Assembly: GCA_002633005.1 (NCBI GenBank)
Contig: NMRA01000001.1
Location: 1,149,755 to 1,213,754, forward strand
Direction of reading: 5' to 3'
From: Phoronis australis
Taxonomy: Eukaryota; Animalia; Phoronida
Length of the DNA stretch: 64,000 nucleotides
Shown here: one piece after another, positions 1-11,576 of the stretch
Layout of the letters: each line of letters opens with the position of its first letter
Numbering within the stretch: position 1 is the stretch's first letter
Made by a program: the position numbers and the translations under genes
Notes under the pieces: model-generated
Seen by the model: only the letters and a program-made list of their open reading frames with translations
What the model was told of the DNA's origin: nothing
Database searches by the model: none

Positions 1-646
1 TTTATAACTGACTAAATTATTTACTTTTGTTTGAGTCGTAAGGTGTCGTAACACAAAACAAGCCCTGCCACAGGCTTTATATGCAAAGCATGATTGTTAC
101 AATGTGTTGTTACAGTAATACAAGCATTATAATTGAGAATATTCTCAATGTTCGCAAATATATTTTACAATTATTTAGCTAGTAAACGAATACAAATTTT
201 TGTCTAAAAGGCCTGTTTAGATGCACACATAAATATGTGGGCACATAAACACTACTTGTTCCACACTACCAGAAGCTTTTCAGTCCATGCTCACTTGTGT
301 GAATGCTCAATCTGTTTAGCATACAAGCCAATTGAGCACAACCTTTAGAATCAGCGCATATTATTCAAACAACAATGATCAACGTTTCAGTCTATTACCT
401 ATAAACCAGTCCCAAGACAAAAGTTTACGACATTCCAATCAGCTGACACAGGTGGATAAGAGACTGTACAGGTAAACATCAAAATGCATTGTGAGGGAAG
501 AGACCAGAAATCAAAACAATTGGAGCTCAAGTGAACCAATGTTTCTATTGAGATAGTGCTCAGCCAAGTGAATCACAAGCAAGAACACAGTTTTGAAGTC
601 AAACAAATTGATGACCCAAATTAATTCTCTGGCATCTGACGCTTAC

Positions 647-3600
647 CCAGAGCGTGCAGCTGGCTTGTTGCCCATGACGATGGGTTGATACCAGTTTTGT
701 TCCATTGGACTGTAGATTTGGATGTCGTTACTGCAGCCGTCTGGCTGGGGGTCGGGATTGGGGTAGACACCTCCAAAGATCCACAGCTCATAGCGATATA
801 AGGTGGCCGAGTGGTAGGCTCTGTGGGGTGCAATACCATTCACCTAAACAAATGTGATGATGAAAAAGATGCTGTTGAACTCATTTCTGCAAAGCCAAAT
901 GATTATCTGGAATGCCTTAACAAATTTATTAACACATAACATAAGCTATTCTTTTCCTCATAACCTGAGAAACGACGATGAAACACATGCCGGTCTCACG
1001 TCAAATCTGGCAAAAGATCCCTCTGTTGTGTTATTCCTGTTTATGTTGCTAAAAATAGAGATGGGAGACCACGGCTTGCTGTAACATTATTCGTTACCAC
1101 CCCCACTCTCAGGGCTTGGAATGACCAATGACAAAAAACGCGGAAACTTTTACGGCCCAAATAATGCGCGCTACCCAGCCTTGAAATGGTCGACCTTTCC
1201 CCCGCGACATGGAGGACTAAAAAAAAACGTTACCACCATCAGTAGCATGCGTCTGCGTCCTTTTAGGTCGCCCGTCGACTCCGAATCCACACATTTTGGA
1301 TGCAGAGCCCTAGTATTTGTCGCCGCGGTTTACAGTAACACGAGACGCCATTGAAAATCCCACCACGCTATCCCAGATGCCCCGGCAATGTTGACAATTT
1401 ACGTTCCTCCAAAACATAAAGAGCAACTTCCACTTTTCGAGGTGAACGTTGTCTGCAACGCCGCGGTAAGAAAGGAGTTTGCCGTGGAAATTTTATATCA
1501 AATCTGATTTTTTTACGCGGAAATATTATAAAATGCGCGGAAAGAACATTTGAAAAAAGCGGAAATCCGCGTTTCCGCGGAAAATTCCAAGCCCTGCACT
1601 CTCCCCTATCGTCAAATCGAAGGATATGTAATGAAAACATGCCACTTCAATTTTGTAACTGCAAGTGAACACGGGGGATGCACTCAATCAAATCAATAAT
1701 ACCCCACTAATACCACACAGTAAAATAGTATTCCGTAATTTCCTAGCTGAGCACACAAGCTCCAAAAAACAGGATAGGGTAACATGCTGCTAGGACCAAG
1801 GCAGCCTAGCACTCTTTCCTAGCGGCAGCACAAAACCGAAAGAAGTCGGTTTGATTTGACAAGCATACCGAATCAAGAGGGTGGGCTTACACTCGAGGAG
1901 AAGAGCAAATACATAAGAAAGATGGGGGTAAGCTTATACCTGGCAGAGAGGTCATACCTGGGGAGATAGAGTTTTACTGTAAGTCGGGAAAGTTTCTTTA
2001 AATTAGAGCACAATATAGTGGAACAGTAAAACTTTATTTTATCAAAATTTTCAACAAGAGTAAACAAGAAGACTATTTTACTTCTGAATTATTTGAAAAC
2101 TTTATATCATATGGCTGCCCTCAACAAACCCACTGTGAAATTTTTGGCAATACAGTGAGCATCGAAAAAATTAAGAACTGACAATTTTGGCTATTACGTT
2201 TGTTCAAATTTGTGGAAACTTTACCGTACTAAAACTAATACCAACATTCAGAATAGCAACAATCACCTCTGCTTTTTGCCAAGTCCACTCAACACAATCC
2301 AGAACATGAACTTCACTGAACCATTTCTTGTGTTTGGATCCTCCGAACACGTACAAGCACTTCAGCGCAGAGTTATACGTGGCGCTGTGACCCACCCGTG
2401 TTTTAGGATTCGCCCCGCTGCCACAGTAGGTTGTCTCTCTCTCTGTCCACATCTTGGAAGCTTAACAAAAAACAAAAACAAAACATGAAAACCTGTTTGA
2501 AGCTCTTCTGTGAGAGCCACTGTTTCTGAAGTAGGGTGGTGCCTAACAAGTTTTCAATAGTCCAGGAACTGGCCAAAATGGTTTTCCAACAGCTAATCTG
2601 CCATCAACATTAGAAGACTATTTTAACAATATTCATCAATTTACTGGTTTTCTCAACTTGAAGCAGTAATAATTTCATAAATTACTTGTCCATTTCTTCC
2701 TAATCAGCCTTAGTAGGATATTACTATACCTGTATCCAAAAGCCAACAAGAGTCCTTTGCCAACTGTTGTCGGGAGCTTTGACCGCCAATTAATACCGCT
2801 TGACCATCTGTAGTCAGACATAAACTGTGGCCCCACCTGGCACTAGGAACTGGCCCTTGAAACAATTTTTATGGATATTTACAAAACAATAAGTCGAAGA
2901 CCACAGGTAATGAAAGCAGTCGAGATATTTTAGGTAATGTACAAGAGTAGCAGAAATAAGAGGTCCGCTGTAACACAAAAAGTGCAATACAGCACTTCCA
3001 AACGTTGGAGTCACTTCTTACTCAAGTTCAGTCCCTTGTAATGTATCAGCCAACCACTGAATTTTCCCCGATGTCAATCACCAGCAACAATTTCTCAATC
3101 CTGTCCCAAGTCCAGACATCACCTGAGTAAGGTTCACCAATGTATTACGGTAAATGGTAAATGGTTGACGTTTTTGACATCAGAAATTTGCTTATCTGAT
3201 GTTATGGGTCTACTCTGTCAGTTGTTGTCTCATAGTTACTGTTTTCATTTAGTTTAGGTGTTGTCTACATAAACTCAGACCTGGTACTTTAATGTCCATC
3301 TTACTTGTTAGTAGATGAGACGAAACAACATTTCAAAACATGTAAAGATTTATTTTTAATGAGTATCTATAGAAAGGTTAATCATAACTTAAAAACTTAA
3401 AAAACTCATACAGTTTAAAAACCTGTAGAAAATATACAACAGTTTGAAACAAAAACAGCAGCTCAAACAGCACACTTACATACTCCGTCCCGCGAGCTTT
3501 TTGCCTATAATGAAAAATTAAACTCACCTTTGTGGTCCAATTTTTCCATAACCATCTCATTTGTCTGTGTTACATTAACCAGGGAAGTAGTGTTGATGTG

Positions 3601-6600
3601 GAATGTCGTTGGGATTTCATTCTGAAATTAATATCAGTAAAAACAACACTGTTAGTAAAATGTTCCATAAAATTAATCTGTTCATCCAGTTTTGTTAATT
3701 TTCTGAACTTCCAAAGCATTCGAGATTTATAACCTACATATGGATAAAAAATTCTTTTTTCCAGCAGCCGCCATTCTTCATTGAAACTCATTTTTACAGG
3801 AATGAGTGTATTTCAAACAACTGGCAGGTTTTGAACATCATAGCCTTGTTGACACAAGGCAGTACTTTACCAGGGCTCAATATAAGCGAGTACACGCTTG
3901 AAAATACAAATAGGAGGTAAAATACGATTAGGAAAGTGACCTTACTTGTATTATTCAAACGTGTGCGGAACATGCGTTCGGTGCTTTTTTTTGGGTTGCC
4001 ACTTTTTACAAGTCCAAATCAGGAAATACTAGTACAGAAAATGTCATCACTTGCATTTTCCAGCAGGCATTTTCGCCTGAGTCGAGCGCTGTTTAGTGTT
4101 ACATCATCACCTCGCTCGCAACAAAAGTATGGTGTATGGTGCCAGACATTTATGGTCAGAGATGATTCACAGACAGCATAAAATTGAGTAATATAAAGTT
4201 ACCTGTTGGAGTCATGAAGTTTTTTGAAACCACTAGCTTTCGGTCTTATCTCGAGACCTTCGTCGGGTGGAATGGTAACTGGAGCCTTGCCCATGCCTGT
4301 TACATCAGCGCTGGTAGGTGGCGGGAAGATCATAGCCAAAATTTATATTGAGTGACAGAGGTCACACCTCATGACACACAACAAAGATGACGTAACAGAC
4401 ACAGGCAAGGCTCCAGTTACCCGCCACTCCATCCGGCATTAAGTTGCATGTTTTTCTACTTGCTATACTTCAAAATCAGTGTCTTTTACTTTAGAAGTTT
4501 TGCTGAGCCAGGCTCGGTAAATAAACTTGATGTTAGAATTATGTGTAAGTAATTGTGGGTTGACAGGACAGTAACATTTTACAGAATTACCAACAAATTA
4601 CCTCCTTGTTCTCTAAATCCATCCGTTTTTTCTGACGTATGTTGGCAAACATATCTGTCAATGTTCTGTTTTTCGATTGCCTCTTCCGTCTCTGTGGTTC
4701 CCTCACGGTCGGTGTCAACTCCACGTCTTGTTTGCGCTTCCTTCTGTTCTTTGGTGGTGATTTGACAGCAGTCTCAGACATGTCATCAATGAGGGGCTAT
4801 AGAAAAAATTCAAATATTGAATATCTTTCCAACATGAAAACGATCCATTTAAGATATTAAGCACCATGCCATTTTTAGACCAAACTTTGTGGCATTTTGG
4901 TCAATTTGAGGTATTTTGAATCATAAAAACTGAACAAAATGGCAATTATTAAAACCTCACGTGATGCAATTAGCAAGATCCGAGAATGGCAGCAGTTCAG
5001 AGTAAGCTGAGTTTTCTTGCTTTTCTATTCTGAACTCAGTTGTCGAGATGAACACTGAACAACAGTTTGTCAGTTGACTTGTCATTTGACACGAGCAATG
5101 ATGCCAGAAAAAGGCACAAATTAGTCACTCCTCAATCTGTAAAATGTTCAAACGCCAGTGTCACATTTTTTCACTGGAGTCTGAATATTTCCGTTTGTAT
5201 GCGATTGGAAACCATAACCCAAGAAGTAACTATACAGTGCAATGCATTAAATAGTGCAAACAAGACAATGGCATACACTCGTCCTTTAAAATGTATGCTA
5301 TGATTCTCGTTGATGTCAAGCAACGATGACAGAATTACCAAAATAGGGGAGTAAGAGTGAGAAGGAAATTGTTGAAACACAAAAGTCTGATCATTTAGTC
5401 AAATATCTACAAAACTATAGAATTTAACTGAAGCAAAAGTACATACATGTATTTACTGAAAACAGAAATTCAGTAGAATTTGATTTTTGACTATATCAAT
5501 CTGCCACTAATGAGGTCGTGTGAACTTGTCTTTTTAGGAAAATTTAGCAAAAAAGAAAGGTAGTCGTGGCAAAAAACAGAATCAATACCATGACAACATT
5601 TAATTCGATGATATAAATGTACAAGGTTAAATCTCAAAATTGCAGTTTGTTTTCAAACTTATCATTTTCGTTTCGTGCAACTTAAAAATCTGTTCATTTT
5701 CTGATAGCCCCTCATGCAACAGTGGAACACTTTAAGAACAATCTCAAACAGCATTTTGGAGGACAGCATATAAAGCCTATATCTTAAAGTTTCATGTAAA
5801 CCCGATCAGCAATTTCCGGGATACAATGCTCCAAAGTTGGTCAAAATTTGCATTTTCTAAGACCCTGCAAAACCTTAAGGAAGGACTTCATCAAACAGTA
5901 GTTACCTGTGGTGTGTTTTCTAGTTCTTCTTGCAAAGTTTCATGCTTCTCCAGCTCAGTTGATGATTGCAGCATCCCCGTGGTGTCTGATGTTTGGTTAC
6001 TGGCTATAAGCCGACATCCCTTGCCACCATCTAGGAAAATCATGTCGTGAGGCACCTTGCAAACAACACTCCTGAAACAGATTTTAATAAAGGTGACATC
6101 AGCATTTTTTTGGGAAGTTGCCAGTCTGATCACCAATTTGAAAAAAGTCACAAGACACAGTGATAGGTCTATAGGGGTACAGTGCATAAAATTCAACTTT
6201 CGGAGGTCCAAACTCACCGACTGTGAAGCAGTACCATGAGAAGAACTGAAATTACAAGAAACAGTAGCCTAAGTAGTAACTTAGCAATATCTTTGCAGTG
6301 GCATAAGTAACAAAAAGCATTTTTACAATGCAGTCATACTATTCCCTAGATGACAGACAAGTTGTGTTAATGTCAACTTACTGTTGCCTCGGCGATAGTG
6401 TGCCTAAGGTGGACTTTTCACCACACACATCTATACAGATTTCCACACCATCTTTTGCTGATCTCCAATTTCCAAGAGCAAAGAACACAATGTCAGATGG
6501 AATTTCTTTTAACGATGTTGAATAATGATCATCTCCGTTGTCCCTGAAATGTAAATTGACAAAATGCAACATTGACAAAACAAAAATTACAACATCCAAC

Positions 6601-7433
6601 AAGTAAAAACAGAATATGTAAGCCTTTTTTTAAAAAACAGCGAGATACATCTTCTGATCAGAACATTACCTAAAGTGAATGTTGTAAAAAAATTATGGAG
6701 ACCTTCAGTACAACATCTTATCACTTGTGGTAGTTTGTCCCAAAAGGCCATCCCTTGCTGACCAGTGGAGGTTGTCCCATCGAGTGTTGTGGTGTTTGAT
6801 TTTGAACACTTAAACAAGTTTTCTTCCCTTATTTCACAGGCTACAAATGGTGGAACTTTTCAGTGGGCAAGGGACAATACCATTAACATATTAATAATTT
6901 CAAAGGCAAGTGATTGAATAGGGCTTGGATTATGACCAATGGCAGTGACAAAAAAGAGGAAAAGTTTCCAGGTTATGTCATTTTAAAAGGCTCGTGTGAT
7001 AAACATGTTCTTTGTGCTGTAAAATTTAACAGAAATATATCTCCTTTTGCATGAATAAAGCCAAATTAACAATAAAAAGAGATGAAAAAAAGAGAAAACT
7101 TGAAATCAAAACCAAAAGAGGCAATCCTCTTGACTTAAAAGAGGAAATTTCCAAGCCGTGATCACGTCATAAAAAGCAGTGCAACAATAAACATCACAAA
7201 AAGTCCCATCTTAGCAAAAACGGCGCGGAATTTCCCCTACTACCAAAAAAACGCCGCAAGTTCCCTTTAATTATTAAACGGTACACCCTTTCCTGTCAAG
7301 TGAGTGAGGCCGTGAGCCGTCGAGGCGCTGTCAACTAACTGTTCAAAAACATGAAAATCACTAAATCTCACCATCTAAGTCTCCAAGGCGCGCAGTTTAC
7401 ATCACAAACTGCAAACAGCTTCAGACTATCCAT
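647..7433 (-). CDS. Kelch-repeat (beta-propeller) protein, multi-exon, 3' end lies beyond the left window edge; resembles the uncharacterised RABEPK/KLHDC-like family (fish zgc:163014-type)
   Basis: Phase-consistent GT-AG exons: 7433-7372, 6543-6382, 6245-6218, 6055-5906, 4796-4602, 3564-3528, 2855-2730, 2460-2267, 843-647. Kelch blades PSARWGHSLC..AVLIGGQ, PKTRVGHSATY..LYVFGGSKHKKWF..W, PHRAYHSATLY..LWIFGGVYPNPDPQPDGCSND..WYQP..KPAARSG. A basic NLS-like linker KNRRKRK precedes them. Family assignment is from memory. Confidence 0.85.
1110..1596. mobile_element. Non-autonomous hAT-like DNA transposon (MITE) with 6-bp target duplication
   Basis: TIRs CAGGGCTTGGAAT / ATTCCAAGCCCTG; CACTCT duplicated at 1104-1109 and 1597-1602; internal CGCGGAAA repeats. 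Confidence 0.8.
4230..4270 (-). ncRNA. Minimal Penelope-type hammerhead ribozyme motif (U4C core variant)
   Basis: Minus strand reads CCAC-CCGACGA-A-GGTCT-cgagata-AGACC-GAAA-GCTA-GTGG: stem I CCAC/GTGG, stem II GGTCT/AGACC, palindromic AGCT stem III. Confidence 0.6.
4274..4421. repeat. 34-bp inverted repeat adjoining the hammerhead motif (likely Penelope-like element remnant)
   Basis: ggtaactggagccttgcccatgcctgttacatca versus the reverse complement of 4388-4421, ggtaactggagccttgcctgtgtctgttacgtca. Confidence 0.7.
6919..7160. mobile_element. Diverged second copy of the 1110-1596 MITE family
   Basis: agggcttggattatgaccaatg ... gaggaaatttccaagccgtg matches the ends of the 1110-1596 element. 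Confidence 0.65.
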
Positions 7434-7965
7434 GTCAGGCCTGTGTTGTATCACGTTTATCGAACACTGGGACACATTTGAAGTTTACAAATACCTGCAA
7501 ACATGAACCGTCTTGGTTCACTTATTTGGACTTGGCGGGCACTTACCGGAAGTTGATTCGCAAAATACCTGTAGGGGTGTTGAGCACAGCTAGTGCCGAA
7601 ACAAAAAGAAAATACAAAGATCATTTTACTTCACTGCGTCCTAAAGATCAGTTAAAGCCGAATTAATGACTTTCAAAAATACCCTTTGTATCTTTGTCTT
7701 AGTTATTGACTACGAAAGGAATAATTACAATTGCTTTACCATTTCTTCAAATGAGATCGACTGCAACGTCTTTAGTGGAGCTGCGATAGGTAGCGCTGTG
7801 AGAGAGAAGCGGGCCGACTGACACTGCCGAAGCCTGGCGATGCCACATCGATCAGGCCATTACCACTCCTGCGGTGCCCGTAGCATAAGTCGTATCGCCA
7901 TGATTATCACTGACTTGACTTTTTATTGATACAGTGCCATGCGGCCCAGCTATAGGGCCACCACT

Positions 7966-8140
7966 CATGATGCGCGCACCCAGCCTAAAAAGTCGGGGTA
8001 GTGCTCGAACTTTTTGAGCCGGGATGATGTGGAATTTTTACTAAACAAACGGGGTACCCGTTCAGAGCTATGAATTGTGCATCCGCCGAATTCCTGCCTT
8101 TTCAATGGACTTTTGTCTCGTTTTCTACTTTTTCGGAGGC
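7966..8140. mobile_element. Partial copy of the CATGCGCGCACCCAG MITE family
   Basis: tgcgcgcacccag terminus and internal ggacttttgtctcgttttct shared, inverted, with 15612-15818 and 55263-55532. Confidence 0.55.
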
Positions 8141-8203
8141 CTGCCAGCAGCGCCGGCCCGGACCCGGCCGTTTGCCGGCACTGGCTCCCGCCCCGGCGGC
8201 GAC

Positions 8204-8301
8204 CCGTAATGGATCTGGCCCGTATTGGAATTCTAATACGGGAACGCGGGCCCGTATTGGAATATTCCAATACGGGCCAGATTCCAATACGGGCCGGAAC
8301 A
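8204..8301. repeat. Array of alternating-orientation CCCGTATTGGAAT units containing a 30-bp perfect palindrome
   Basis: ggcccgtattggaatattccaatacgggcc at 8249-8278 is its own reverse complement; further units on both sides. Confidence 0.85.
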
Positions 8302-8405
8302 ATTCTAAACTTCAGAGAATTTTAAATCATTGGGGGTTAATTTTTGGGTCTAATGAGTTACACAGGGGAATGAAGCTACTATCAACTTGAAATAGCAGAT
8401 TTTTT

Positions 8406-10713
8406 CACCCCGGCCTACCTGCGAGAACGACTGTGGAAGGCGATCGAGAGCGAAATTTGGCGCGAGATGCGAAGTGAGCAAGGTGAGTAAATTTGATGAA
8501 TTTTCGTTGTTCACTTCCAATGTGAAAACAGAGACATTAAGGCGTAACACATTGAGGAAGGGCAGGTATAGGTTTAGGCTAGTGTCTCTTCCAATGTATA
8601 GGAGAAAAGTTAGGTTGACAGAGGCATCGCTTAAGCCGACGGTGATTTGTATGTCATTTTGGCAAATTGCCCTTATTTTTAGCACTAAATCAATGAATTG
8701 ACGACGGAGTTATCATGAAGAAATGACGTGTGAAAATATAACGCAACGCTTGTTTTTTGTAGTTTTATCAGGATCTCTGATTTTTCGACGCTTTTCAGCT
8801 GAAAGATGCGATCGAGAACGCAACGATAAGCGATCGAGAACGCAAAATTGTGTTTGTTTATGCGGTCGGGAACGCATCGTGGTGTGTCGAACAGTAATGA
8901 ACTTTTTACTTATAAAACGTGAAAGAGGTTACAAAATAAGTGTGGTGCAACGAATTAATCACATTTTGTGTCATTACTGTGTTATTTTAGTATAAAAAGT
9001 GAACACCAGCGGTATAGCATATTTCCATTAAATAGCCATAAGCACTACATGTACATCAAGCATAACTTTAGATGCACAAACTAATTGGTATTCATTTCAG
9101 GAAACAAGTTCACTGTTAGTATATGTGAGGCGAGCTTCAACGAACATGTTACCCACGACGTGAAGGTACCTACAGGGTTTTGAAAAGTACAGGCATCTAC
9201 TTTTAGAAGAAACAACTGAGAACAAGGGTTTCTAAACAGAAATACTAATTGGTCAGTGTAAGAACATTTGTATTGCCCAATGACACTTAGTGTGGCCATT
9301 TAAATCTACCTAAACACTACAAAAATGTACTGGTTCTGTTAAAGATCCTTTGGAAATAACACAAACATAGAAAGAAACTTGAGGAAAAAACTCGGAAACA
9401 AAACAAAACGTCAAAATACTATCACATCAAACAACTACCAACCACATACTCTGTAAATCTGAATAAACTATAGTGACTCAACAAACTTCACCACTGGACT
9501 TAATGATTTCATTCATGACGTTTCTGCTTGCTAGGCCCGGCTATAGAAGGAGGCATACTGTTTGCATGACATACCACATTCACCACAAAAAGGAGTGTCG
9601 TCATGCTATGACGCAGTGTCTTATCAGGCTCACTCTTTCCGTGTAACATTGATCACAGACAGGACACTGAATCGACTTGGTTCCAGAGCACGATGCTTAA
9701 CGCTGTGTTTTACTATAGTGGTAAAAAAACTTGACGCATGCAACGCGTCAATCACAGGGCTGATAACGGTCTTGCTTTGTTGAAGTAGTGTCACTATATT
9801 TTATTGCCATGTGGTCATACTAAGTCGATTTCTTAGTTCCTGAACGAGGCTCCACAACACACACACACATACATGTACATGTACACACACACACACACAC
9901 ACTCCGATGTGACATGCAGCAGTTGTACTAAAAGAGGCTTTGGTTGTACTACTCTTTTTGAAGGCGTGGACGTTTTAACGTGTTAAAGCACCCTGAAGGA
10001 CTCGTCGTGTGGCTACAGTTCAACTGAAAAAGCCCAAACGCATTCAATTACGTTTGTTAGGCTAAATCTCACTTAGAAATAATGAAAGAAACAATGAAAT
10101 GTAATAAATAATCAACCCATCAACCATAATTCAGGCTCCGTATTATTGGAAAATTATTGACATAATAGACCTACCGTAACGTGAACGACTATTCAGGACA
10201 ATGCAGAGAAAAAATTGCGTTCACGATCGCTTTTTTGCGTTTACGATCGCCATAGAGAATTAACGACATCTTTCCCGATCGCCGTCTCACACAAGGACCT
10301 GCTTGTATTGGTAAATATCTCAAAATGTTTCACAAATCATAACTAACAAAGGTGTCACCAGGGACAATTAAACTATAAACGTCACACGTCTCTTCTTAAG
10401 AACCCTGGAATTGTTAATAACAAGTAGAAATTCTCTATTTTACGAGGCACAAGGCTTTTTACCGAAAGCCATTGCTTTCTGAGCTCTTTATTTTAAAAAT
10501 AAGCAAAAGCCAAGTATCATTTCAGATCCACAACAAAGGTTACACTCTGACGCTTTTCTGTGTGTAGCATTCGTACCAAAGTGGCCTCTATTTAAGCAGA
10601 AAATGACACTCGACTTAAACTCACCGGGTACGTCAATGTCGTCTGCCATTTTTGGTGCAAGGTCTCGTTCTCGATCGCTTCCAGGCGTTCTCGATCGCGG
10701 GTTGGCCGGGGTG
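8406..10713. mobile_element. Non-autonomous DNA transposon of about 2.3 kb with CAC...GTG ends (CMC/EnSpm-like)
   Basis: TIRs CACCCCGGCC / GGCCGGGGTG; subterminal GCGATCGAGAACG motifs forward on the left side and inverted on the right; no transposase ORF. Confidence 0.65.
9857..9902 (+). repeat. Interrupted (CA)n microsatellite
   Basis: CA runs separated by TACATGTACATGTA. Confidence 0.9.
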
Positions 10714-11413
10714 ATTTTGTTTCTTGGTCGATTTTAAGACGTTCACACGGCACTACTGCTATATAGCCTATTTAGGTATAGACATTTACTTCTAGATTCC
10801 CTTGTTACCCTATGTTGTAGCCACCACATGCGTTCAATGCCGATGAATAACATAAAGCCTCCTATAATAGTTTGAGCGATCCTATCATCAAACACCATTC
10901 GGGCGAAGAAGTTGACCGGGTACGGCCCGATGATTACGTGAACTAAATTCAAAATTATTACTGACTTAGTTATAAATGTAGTTAGTAGTACCAGTAGCTA
11001 TAACAATTTTTTGTTGTTGTCCATCTATATTCCATCTTTAACAGAGAGGCGGTCTCACTATGGTCCGGTTGAGTTATAACTGTCCACCGTTAAATTTTAT
11101 ATTCGGGCTTTAATTCACAGACGCGATAAAGTTGTTTTTGCCTTCGTTCCAGCAACTTCGAATGAAAAAATCGTCCAACTATGAGTGAAAGCCACCGATC
11201 CAGCACACGCACAAAACATTAATGTGGTACTCCGCGTGATTCAGGAGCACGAAAAGAATCGAAACAATGACTAGATTCGCCGGATTGTATCATCCCTAAG
11301 TTCATTTTATGAATCTCCGTTACAATGTCGCATGGAGTTTTAGTTGTTTTGGTGCTTGTTGAACCCTTAAAATGTTTAGTACATACTGAATAGTACCGCA
11401 CGATATGGTTGGC

Positions 11414-11576
11414 GTAGTCCGACATAATTCCGATTGATATCTGACATAAATCGGAATTGTGTCTGACATAAATTGGAATTGTGTATGACACAAATCTCAA
11501 TTATGTCTAACATAAATCAGAATTGTCAGACATAAATCACATTTATGTCAGACATAAATAATAATGTCTGGTATAA
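11414..11576 (+). repeat. Degenerate tandem repeat, unit about 22 bp (GACATAAATCGGAATTGTGTCT), about 7 copies
   Basis: Repeated gacataaat..aatt units read directly. Confidence 0.8.

Noticed and set aside
7965-8390. Overlapping GC-rich ORFs of 66-106 aa
   Set aside because: They lie within MITE and palindrome repeats and contain no protein motif
11414-11576. Possible CRISPR-like array
   Set aside because: Units abut without unique spacers; eukaryotic context; no cas genes
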